DNA from: Clostridiales bacterium UBA1742
Lineage (GTDB): Bacteria > Bacillota > Clostridia > TANB77 > CAG-508
Length of the DNA: 64,000 bases
Reading direction: 5' to 3'
Assembly: GCA_002314935.1 (NCBI GenBank)
Contig: DCHW01000049.1
Coordinates: forward strand, 30 to 64,029
The notes below the pieces were generated by a model. It saw only the letters and a list, made by a program, of their open reading frames with translations, was not told the DNA's origin and did no database searches. Of the stretch, positions 40,751-49,198 are shown in pieces; position 1 is the stretch's first letter; each line of letters begins with the position of its first letter. The translations under genes and the position numbers were made by a program.

Positions 40751-40954
40751 TGCCAAAATTAAGCAGAGTAGGGGAAAGAGCTCTATTTTCAACGGATTAA
40801 TAAAAAAATATAAAATCTATAATTAAAAAGTTAAAGTTCTTGTAAAATTATTTTTAAAAAATATAATGAAAATTTGAAAATAAAAAGATGAATTTATTAA
40901 TATGAATTTTGTGATTTTTTATATTTAGAATTTGAATAATTTTTGAAAAAATTT

Positions 40955-41091
40955 TGTAGGGGCGATTTTAATCGCCCGAAATTTAAAACGAATAATAAAA
41001 TTGTTATTAATAATATAAAATAACCAGCTTATAAAAGTCTGAAATATATGTAGAATAGGATATTACACGGGCGATTAAAATCGCCCCTACA
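40955..41091. repeat. MITE-like element with perfect 24-bp terminal inverted repeats
   Basis: tgtaggggcgattttaatcgcccg (40955-40978) and its exact reverse complement (41068-41091) flank 89 bp. Each arm is itself a hairpin (gggcgat/atcgccc). Confidence 0.7.
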
Positions 41092-41098
41092 TCTTTTT

Positions 41099-41125
41099 GT
41101 ACAAAACTTTGATAGGGGGACACAA
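41099..41125 (+). repeat. junction repeat, diverged copy D (core only)
   Basis: gtacaaaactttgatag matches the repeat core. The downstream about 120 bp is a different sequence of similar length. Confidence 0.55.
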
Positions 41126-41330
41126 GGCTTTTTTTGACTTTTCTGATAAAGAAACATTAATTTATCAGTATTTTGCGGCTACGAAAAGGCTTCCTTGTGA
41201 CCAATAATGAAAATGCTTTTTGACATAAATATAAAGTAATAAATGTTATATATATATATTAGAATATTTTGTTGAATAATAATATTTTATATGATATATT
41301 TAATAAAAATATAATTTTGGAGGATAAATA

Positions 41331-42668
41331 ATGAAAAATAAATTTATTGAAATTATAACAACTATATTAATTTGTTTATTGATACTATTATTAGATTACT
41401 TATTTTATTGGTATAAATTACCTGTTTTGCTATTAATTTTTCCACTAATAATTGCATCCTCTTACTTAATATCATTATTTATTTTCAAAAAAAGCAATAT
41501 TGAAAAAAGAAAAGAAATAGGAAAATTAACAAGACTTATAATTGTGATAGTTGCATGTATTGGAACTTTACCGTTTATTTATGATTTTACTTTGAATGAC
41601 TATACTTTTTTTGGAATTCAAGATATTCTTAGACCACTTTATTTTTTAACATATATTTTCTTGTCAATTACAATGTTAGTTTTGTCTTTTTTGTTTTATT
41701 TTTTATATAAAAATAAAACAAAAAAATTAAAAAATAATGAAATACCATTTGATATTGATGAACAAAGAGAAAAGAATGTTATAAAGACAATAAGCATATA
41801 TTTATTAATATTAATAATTTGTATTACGTTATATTTATGTAAATTACCTGGACTATTGTTTGTTTTTCCAACAATTTTAGCAATTATTTATTTAATATCA
41901 TTATTAATTTTTAGGGAAACAAATATAGCCCAGAGGGAAAAAGTTGGATCTTTAACAAGACCTCTAGCGGTAGTATTCGCATCATGTATAACTTGTTTTC
42001 TTTCTTTAGCTCTGGATATTAATTGGTTAAATTCAGATAAACACATAAAATTATTAGAGATTGATATAGCAAGTTCTATTGTATGCTATTTTTCATATAA
42101 AAATAAAACAAAAAAATTAAAAAATAATGAAATGTCACATGATAAAAAAGTAATTATTGAAAAGAAAAGTGATGAAATACTATTTGATAAAAAAATTAGT
42201 GTCGAAAAGGAAAAAAATAAAATAAAAATTGAAAATAATAGGTATAAAGGAAAAAAGAATAAATATATAATTAGTGATTTTTTATTTATAATTATATCAG
42301 CACTAATAATTTTATATTTTATTTTCATTATTGTTCCAATTGGTGAACAGGGAAATTTTTTCAATGAAGAAATCAATCCAAGAGTTGATTTGGTTACAAA
42401 ATATAAAATGATGGTAAACCCAATTTTTTGGGGATATTTAATTTATTGTAACCTAAAAATTTGTAATGTTAATAAATATATGAAATTTTTTGTATACCCT
42501 ATAACTGCAATAACATTTTTTATATCATTAATTTTTTTCTTATCAACATATGGAGGAAGTGCAATATGGTTGCTATTCTTTATTTTACCTATTGCGCCGT
42601 TAATTTTTTATTTAAATATTAAATTAATAAAAAAAATGAAAAACATATTAAAAATAAATAATACATAA
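41331..42668 (+). CDS. polytopic membrane protein with internal duplication
   Basis: 445 aa. Two copies of KLP.LL..FP.I.A..YLISL.IF...NI..R...G.LTR and of YKNKTKKLKNNE. The 38-nt DNA repeat at about 41703 and about 42092 is near-identical. Confidence 0.55.
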   Translation: MKNKFIEIITTILICLLILLLDYLFYWYKLPVLLLIFPLIIASSYLISLFIFKKSNIEKRKEIGKLTRLIIVIVACIGTLPFIYDFTLNDYTFFGIQDILRPLYFLTYIFLSITMLVLSFLFYFLYKNKTKKLKNNEIPFDIDEQREKNVIKTISIYLLILIICITLYLCKLPGLLFVFPTILAIIYLISLLIFRETNIAQREKVGSLTRPLAVVFASCITCFLSLALDINWLNSDKHIKLLEIDIASSIVCYFSYKNKTKKLKNNEMSHDKKVIIEKKSDEILFDKKISVEKEKNKIKIENNRYKGKKNKYIISDFLFIIISALIILYFIFIIVPIGEQGNFFNEEINPRVDLVTKYKMMVNPIFWGYLIYCNLKICNVNKYMKFFVYPITAITFFISLIFFLSTYGGSAIWLLFFILPIAPLIFYLNIKLIKKMKNILKINNT

Positions 42669-43450
42669 TAGTTAATTATACAGGTGAAAAGATGAATTAG
42701 GTTTAAACATAGATTTATATAAAAAATATAATAACTCTTGTGAAATTTTAAAAAAACAATAGAGTAGGGGAAAGAACCCTATTTTCAACAGGTTAATAAA
42801 AAATATAAAATCTATAATTATTTTGTATAATTTTATAAATTTTTTTATAATCATACAATTTAATTTTATAATTATTCATCTCAAAATCGTTTTTTAAGCG
42901 TTTTAAAATATAAATCCATAAAGTTATTATTTAATTACTTAAAATCGATTTTAAAGCTATATTTTTAGAATGATAATTTATATATTAGTTAAAATTTCAT
43001 ATAGTTTTATATAGATATGCTGATTATGTGCAATTTTCAGTATATCTGTAAAATGCCTAAAAATAGCCAAAAAAACGACGCACGAGAATCGATTTTAAGC
43101 CGCTTTTAAAAATTAGCCATATAGTTTGTTATCTAAAATATGAGGCTATTTTAAGGCGAGGCTCTAAAATCGATTTTAAGGCGTTTTTTTATTTAAGTAA
43201 TATAAGTTGTTGTTTAAAATATAAGAATTAATATATGAATATAAATATTATGAATAAAAATTATAATACTGAACAATAAAAATAAAAAATAGCCACATAC
43301 TGAAATATACTGAAAATGATTAAAATGCATATATAATGGCTTAATAATAACTATATAATAGATACTAAAGGAAGCTCATACACTAGTAGTATCAAGACTT
43401 GAAGGGGATACCTGAAAGAGGTATTCTTTATTTTATCCCTACACCTTTTT

Positions 43451-43588
43451 GCACAAAACTTTGATAGCAGACACCAGTATTTTTAAAGATATTCAAATTG
43501 TACAAGCCACTAATATCAATGCTTACAAAAATTCTATGTTGCTTTATTACCCCAAAAGCCACTTTTGGATATAGATGATAAAAATTTT
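43451..43588 (+). repeat. 138-bp cassette junction repeat, copy E
   Basis: Preceded by the variant-2 upstream module. 43168-43464 matches 48647-48943 over 297 bp. Confidence 0.85.
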
Positions 43589-43725
43589 ATAATATTATAT
43601 AAAGCTATTGACACACAAGAAAAATATATATGTGGATATTTTAAATAAATGTTTTTCAAAATAATGGAAATCATATAAAATATATGTTATACTAATTATA
43701 ATAATTTTAAAGGAGATTTTATAAT

Positions 43726-43902
43726 ATGAGTGATAAACAATTAATTTTAAATACTGTTCAAAGTATTGAAGATACAAAAAGTTATGAAGAAATTCTATAT
43801 ACATTATTTATGCAATTAGAAATTCAAAAGGGTATTACAGATATGGAAAATGGTAATGTAAAAACAAGTGAGGAATTAAAGGAGATTATTAATAAATGGT
43901 AA
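43726..43902 (+). CDS. type II antitoxin (duplicate of 40203..40379)
   Basis: Same length and near-identical sequence to the first copy. Overlaps the toxin start. Confidence 0.6.
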   Translation: MSDKQLILNTVQSIEDTKSYEEILYTLFMQLEIQKGITDMENGNVKTSEELKEIINKW

Positions 43903-44207
43903 GATGGACTGATAATTCAATTTCTAATATTACAGATTTTATAGATTCTTCTAAAGAAGGAACAGAAAATACAGCAAAAGCATATATGAATAAATTAATA
44001 GACTATGTAGATATACTAAATACAATGCCAGAATTGGGCAAAGTAGTTGAAAATAATATATTTAAATATGAAATTAGACAGATTGTTTATAAAAGCCACA
44101 AAGTTATATATCATAAAAAAGATAATGATATAATTATTTTAACTGTTTTACATTCAAAAATGGATTACAATGCAGCATTAAAAAGATTAAAGAATATTAT
44201 AAAATAA
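43896..44207 (+). CDS. type II toxin, RelE/ParE family (duplicate of 40373..40684)
   Basis: 103 aa. Five substitutions relative to the first copy (A18S, Y54N, K58E, N96K, K100N). Confidence 0.7.
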   Translation: MVRWTDNSISNITDFIDSSKEGTENTAKAYMNKLIDYVDILNTMPELGKVVENNIFKYEIRQIVYKSHKVIYHKKDNDIIILTVLHSKMDYNAALKRLKNIIK

Positions 44208-44297
44208 GAAAACAATATATATACTTTATTCGCTGTATGTCTATACTATTATAAAAAATTGCATGACAAATAGTAAGTTATAGAGGAGATTATAAAT

Positions 44298-44915
44298 ATG
44301 ATTAAAAGATATTTTAGTGGATTAAAATTTGGATTATTATTGCAGATAGCAGTTGGACCTATGTGTTTAATGGTATTTAATACAGCAAAGAATGTTGGAT
44401 TTTTAGTCGCTTTATCATTAGTATTAGCAATTGCATTAGTAGATGCATTTTATATAACATTAGCAAGTATAGGAGTAAGCAAACTATTAGAAAAAGAAAA
44501 GATTAAAAAGATATTTAAGATAATAGGTTCTATTGTACTTATGGTATTTGGAATTAATATTATATTAAATGTATTTGGAACAAATATTATTCCAGGATTA
44601 AACTTAAGACCGACATCAGCTAATATTTTTATGCAAGGCTTAATATTAACATTATCAAATCCAATAACAATAGTATTTTGGGGAAGTGTTTTAACTACTA
44701 AAATTATAGATGATAAATTAAAAAAGAAAGAATTAGTAATATTTTCAGTAGGCTTAGTATCTGCAACATTACTATTTTTAACAGCAGTTGCAATATTAGG
44801 AACAATACTATCAAGCTTTATACCTAATAATATTTCAAATATACTAAATGTTATTGTAGGAGCATTAATAATATTCTTTGGAATTAAGATGTTAATAAAA
44901 AAAGATAAAAACTAA
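44298..44915 (+). CDS. LysE/RhtB family amino-acid exporter
   Basis: 205 aa with six TM helices. LysE-type N-terminal GLLLQIAVGPMCLMVF and central NPITIVFWGSV segments. Confidence 0.65.
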   Translation: MIKRYFSGLKFGLLLQIAVGPMCLMVFNTAKNVGFLVALSLVLAIALVDAFYITLASIGVSKLLEKEKIKKIFKIIGSIVLMVFGINIILNVFGTNIIPGLNLRPTSANIFMQGLILTLSNPITIVFWGSVLTTKIIDDKLKKKELVIFSVGLVSATLLFLTAVAILGTILSSFIPNNISNILNVIVGALIIFFGIKMLIKKDKN

Positions 44916-44932
44916 AAATTACAATTTATTTT

Positions 44933-44962
44933 AAAGATTAGATTTGATAGCTAGTCTTTTTT
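44933..44962 (+). terminator. cassette-end terminator (agattag family)
   Basis: aaagattag (44933-41) pairs with ctagtcttt (44951-59) plus a T-run. Confidence 0.55.
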
Positions 44963-45786
44963 AATTTTTGATAAAAATGGCGAAGTAGGGGGAAGAGCTC
45001 TATTTTCAAGAATTATAACTTTTTATTAAATTTTATATTTAGAAAAAAAGAAGAACTAGGTAGTAAAATATTTTGTGCAATGTTATAAAATTATTTTCAG
45101 AAAAAAATTTTTGAATTAAAAATAATAATTAATAAAATATTTCTTAAAATTTAATTTTTGAATTTTAAATTTTGTTTGGTTAAAAATTCTTAAACCGAAC
45201 ATTTGATTATTATAAATTAATTTAAAAATTTTAATTATGATTTTAGATTTATAATTATATTTATAAAGTCTGAAAATCAATTTTAAGCAATTAAAATTAT
45301 TAACTAATTAAATTATTCATTTAAAACTTTATAAATTGATTTTGAAGCTTTTAAACTTATAATATGTAATTTGAATTTATAGATTCTAATTAGATTTATA
45401 CAATTATTACTATATATAAAAATCTCTGAAATTAGCTAAAATAATGGCTTACGAGAATCGATTTTAAGCCGTTTTTAAAAAATTAGGCATATAGTTTGTT
45501 GCGTAGCGTAAGCGAAGCCTGAAACATTTTTGAGCATTTTGTGATAAAAATGTTGCTGGTCAGATTAATATAAGAAATTTTAAAATTATGCCAGTAAATA
45601 ATTTCCAGAGTTCGCAATTAAAAATTGCTCACCAGAATCGATTTTAAGACGTTTAAATATTAAAATAATATAAGTTGTTGCATTAAATATAATAACAGAA
45701 TATATAAAGCCTTATATAAGAGGGCTTTCAAGCACCGAGAGAGGACTCCAAAGAGGGGTTCTATTATTTTGCTCCTATTCCTTTTT

Positions 45787-45924
45787 GCACAAAACTTTGA
45801 TAGCAGACACCAGTATTTTTAAAGATAGTCAAATTGTACAAGTCACTAATATCAGTACTTACAGGAACTTTGTATCGTTTCATTACCCCAAAAGCCACTT
45901 TTAGATATATATGATAAAAATTTT
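45787..45924 (+). repeat. 138-bp cassette junction repeat, copy F (most diverged full-length copy)
   Basis: Same 138-bp length as B, C and E, with substitutions only. Preceded by the variant-1 module (about 45698-45786). Confidence 0.85.
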
Positions 45925-46061
45925 ATAATATTATATAAAGCTATTGACACACAAGAAAAATATATCTGTGGATATTTTTTTGAGTAATTTTATAAAAATT
46001 GTAGTTTTAATTATAAAGAAATGATATAATATTAATAGTGTTTTATTGGGAGGTAATTAAT

Positions 46062-46304
46062 ATGTCAATAGAAAAACAAAAAATATTAAGTGAAATAGAA
46101 ACATTACCAGAAGAACTTTCAAAACAAGTTATTGATTTTATTGAATATTTGAAATTTTCACAAATATCTAATGAAGCTCCAGATAGTGTTACAATAAAAA
46201 GTAAAAAAGATTTAAAAGAAAAAATCCAAAAAGGAATTGATGATATAGAAGCTGGTAGAGTTTATACGGTAGAAGAAGTATTTGAAAAACTGGATAATAT
46301 ATAA
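46062..46304 (+). CDS. type II antitoxin (DUF2281/RelB-like)
   Basis: ATG 46062 after GGGAGG. ILSEIETLPEELSKQVIDFIEYLKF N-terminal segment. 80 aa. Confidence 0.6.
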   Translation: MSIEKQKILSEIETLPEELSKQVIDFIEYLKFSQISNEAPDSVTIKSKKDLKEKIQKGIDDIEAGRVYTVEEVFEKLDNI

Positions 46305-46323
46305 ATCCTTAGGAGTTGATAGA

Positions 46324-46647
46324 ATGAAGAAATATAAAGTTACAGTTTCTGAAACTGCTAAGCAGGATTTGGAAAATATCATTTCATATCTTAGATATGA
46401 TTTATCAGAAGATATTATTGCAGATAAATACAAGATTTTATTTAAGCAAAAATTAATGACATTAGAAGATATTGCTGAAAGTATGCCTATTATAAATGAA
46501 GAACTAATTGGACATAAAAATATAAGAAAAATAAATGCTAAAAACTATATTATTTTCTATAAGATAGATGAACATACAAATACAGCTTACATTATCAGAG
46601 TTGGTCATGCATTTATGGATTGGGAAAGATATTTGAAAGATATATAA
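46324..46647 (+). CDS. type II toxin, RelE/ParE family
   Basis: ATG 46324 after TAGGAG. 107 aa. IRKINAKNYIIFYKIDEHTNTAYIIRVGH signature. Confidence 0.65.
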   Translation: MKKYKVTVSETAKQDLENIISYLRYDLSEDIIADKYKILFKQKLMTLEDIAESMPIINEELIGHKNIRKINAKNYIIFYKIDEHTNTAYIIRVGHAFMDWERYLKDI

Positions 46648-47090
46648 TCATAGTAATATTAGAAAATAATAGAAACTATATGGAAGATATGATATACTAC
46701 AAAAAGAAAATAATTGGAGGATGATATATGTTTGATGTAAATGAATATTTGAAAAATTTTTATAGTTGTGTATTATATACATAATGTGGACTGACAAACA
46801 AATATAAAAAAACACCACATTTAGCTTTGCCGAGCTGTGTGGTGTTTCTTGAATTTATTTAGGTAACACACATTGTCTGTGGCTACTTACTTTCTATCTT
46901 TATTATATACACTTTTTTATATTTGTCAAATTTTTTGAAAAAACTCATAGCATACACAATAATAATATTGCAATTTACATAAAGATATGATAATATATAG
47001 CAGCAAAAATTTATTAGCAAAATTCCTTATTTTTGCAACTGGAGGTCAGACAGTTACTATAAAAATATATTTTAAAGGAGTGAAATTTAA

Positions 47091-47546
47091 ATGAAGAAAT
47101 TTAAAGATGTATCATTCAACAAATCACGGTTCATTTCTATATTTATTGGTATATTAATTTTTTTATTAGCTATAAGTATTTTGTGTATTAAGCTTAAATA
47201 TTCTTTTTATGTATCAATTCCCTTAGGAATAATAGTTGGAGCAGTAACATATTCAATTATTTTTTCTATTTTTGATGGACCTACTAAGAATGTATACAGA
47301 AAAAGATTAAGAGTCAGCTTAGTATATCAAAATTCAGCTACTGAAGTTAAGTGCAAATCAATAGAATTAAATCCATACAATACGAGATATGATGCGTTTG
47401 GCAATTGCAGATTTTACGCAATGTTGTTGACAGACAACAAGGTCTGGATTTCTATATGTGCTCAGAAAGAAAATGGAAACTTTATTCCACGAGCATATGA
47501 AATTGTAGATTTATCTAAGTTTTATCAATATTTTTCTTTCATTTAA
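47091..47546 (+). CDS. membrane protein, hypothetical; contains an in-frame CGG
   Basis: ATG after AAAGGAG. Two TM helices. The CGG at 47127-47129 must be read in frame (KS-R-FISIF), because a +1 shift there hits a stop after 10 codons. Confidence 0.5.
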   Translation: MKKFKDVSFNKSRFISIFIGILIFLLAISILCIKLKYSFYVSIPLGIIVGAVTYSIIFSIFDGPTKNVYRKRLRVSLVYQNSATEVKCKSIELNPYNTRYDAFGNCRFYAMLLTDNKVWISICAQKENGNFIPRAYEIVDLSKFYQYFSFI

Positions 47547-47552
47547 GCTAAA

Positions 47553-47577
47553 GAGAGTCAGAAATGACTCTTTTTTA
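47553..47577 (+). terminator. rho-independent terminator
   Basis: agagtca (47554-60) pairs with tgactct (47565-71) plus T6. Confidence 0.65.
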
Positions 47578-47718
47578 GTTTTGTGATGTTATTTACTTGA
47601 AATTGAAGATAATAGTCCAGTTATGGATATAAATATATTACCAGAAGATTTAAGAGAAAAAGTAATAACAAGATATAAAGAAAACATTTACGAATATTTA
47701 AAAAAAGGTGAAAAATAA

Positions 47719-48012
47719 ATGAAAATATATATTGTAAGACATGGACAAGTTGATTTAATATTAAGATCAATAGAATTATATAGCTATAATCTTGAATTTA
47801 TGCTTGATGCAGATGAGTCAAATGAAGAAAAGAAGCGAGAAAAACTTGCAAAATTAAAATATACCTATGAGCAAATATTATCATGTCTTGCTGACCAAGT
47901 TAATGGAAAGGCTGAAGAATATGAAAAGAGGAGAACAACAGGTAGAAACATGCTTGGAGATAACATTATAGATATAATACCATCTAAAAAAGAAAAATTT
48001 CAAGTTGGTTAA
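47719..48012 (+). pseudogene. chimeric remnant: histidine-phosphatase N-terminus (MKIYIVRHGQ) fused to unrelated sequence
   Basis: Only the first about 12 codons resemble the RHG phosphatase motif. The remaining 85 codons are low-complexity and charged. Confidence 0.35.
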
Positions 48013-48929
48013 AAGCAGTAGAATAGGGGGGAACAGAGGAATTTTTATAGTTTATAATTAATTAATAAAATTTTTTAAAAATTATATTAAAAAATAATTT
48101 TTAAGTTGAAAAATAAAAATTATAAAATTTAAAATATAAAATAAATAATAAAACTTTAAAATTTAATTTTGAAAATTTTTTAAATTTTTTATATAATAAT
48201 TATTATTTTTATATTTTAAACCTCTCAAAATCGTTTTTAAGGCATTTTTATAATTAACTAATAAAAAATTACTCATTTGAATTATTATTATAATACTATA
48301 ACTTATATAAAATTTTAATTTATCAATACTTTTATAAATTAATTATAATTAAATTAGTAATAATTACTATTTTTGATGAATTATATAAATTAATGTAATT
48401 ATTGCAGCAACTTGGTTTTAGCTCAAAAATTGCCAAAATAATGACGCACGAGAATCGATTTTAAGCCGTTTTTAAAAATTAGCCATATAGTTTGTTGCGT
48501 AGCGTAAGCGAAGCCTGAAACATTTTTGAGCATTTTGCGATAAAAATGTTGCTGGTCAGATTAATATAAGAAATTTTATATAAAAATTTATACAGATATA
48601 AAATTATATTAATCAGTTATAAAAATTGATTTAAATGGATTGTCAGAATCGTTTTTAAGGCGTTTTTTTATTTAAGTAATATAAGTTGTTGTTTAAAATA
48701 TAAGATTTAATATATGAATATAAATATTATGAATAAAAATTATAATACTGAACAATATAAATAAAAAATAGCCACATACTGAAATATACTGAAAATTATT
48801 AAAATGCATATATAATAGCTTAATAATAACTATATAATAGATGCTAAAGAAAGCTCATACGCTAGTAGTATCAAGACTTGAAGGGGATACCTGAAAGGGG
48901 TATTCTTTATTTTATCCCTACACCTTTTT

Positions 48930-48951
48930 GCACAAAACTTTGATTTTGTGC
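48930..48951. other. perfect 8-6-8 palindrome closing the cassette array (candidate recombinase core site)
   Basis: GCACAAAA-CTTTGA-TTTTGTGC. The left arm plus spacer equal the first 14 nt of every junction repeat. The right arm starts a 17-mer (ttttgtgcaatgttata) also present at 45071-45087. Confidence 0.6.
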
Positions 48952-49136
48952 AATGTTATATATTCCTTTTTTGATACTTTTCCATATCTACTTCTGCCTC
49001 TCATCTACTATCCTTTGACCTGTTAAAGTGAATTCAATTGTAATTTACTATTTAATTAATTATTTATTTTATGTTTTATTTTTCAAATTAGATTTCGCCA
49101 TGATTTTTTATTTTAAAAATTATTTTTTTTAAGTAA

Positions 49137-49176
49137 ACGACACATCGCTCTGCAGAAGCAAATGTGTCGTGTTTTA
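49137..49176. terminator. bidirectional terminator at the right edge of the array
   Basis: acgacacat (49137-45) pairs with atgtgtcgt (49162-70), with T-rich tracts on both strands. Confidence 0.6.
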
Positions 49177-49198
49177 TTTCAATTTTACTTATTACGTT

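Noticed and set aside
42672-43804. Minus-strand ORFs 42672..42854 and 43595..43804 inside array spacers
   Set aside because: They have low-complexity Ile/Phe/Lys/Tyr translations of AT-rich spacer and promoter DNA, with no RBS. They overlap the repeat modules.
37966-45924. Classical integron attC sites and a nearby intI
   Set aside because: No RYYYAAC/GTTRRRY core pair is present. The 138-bp repeat shows only short local stems (for example gatatt/aatatc, ccaaaag/cttttgg) and not the long imperfect palindrome of attC. No integrase gene flanks the array. The organisation is integron-like but the sites are not attC.
37966-45924. Diversity-generating retroelement (TR/VR pair) as the origin of the diverged 138-bp copies
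   Set aside because: No reverse transcriptase is in the window. The differences between copies E and F are not restricted to adenine positions, and the copies are not at the 3' end of intact target genes.
48930-48951. The terminal palindrome as a rho-independent terminator
   Set aside because: The 8-bp stem is followed by aatgttata on the plus strand and aaaaaggtg on the minus strand, so there is no U-tract on either strand. A genuine terminator lies 190 bp further on (49137-49176).
36080-48960. CRISPR array as an explanation for the repeats in the accessory region
   Set aside because: The repeats are 138 bp or longer, or are irregularly spaced 25-30-bp motifs (spacings of about 50-220 bp). 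They are separated by whole genes. No cas genes and no regular repeat-spacer periodicity are present.
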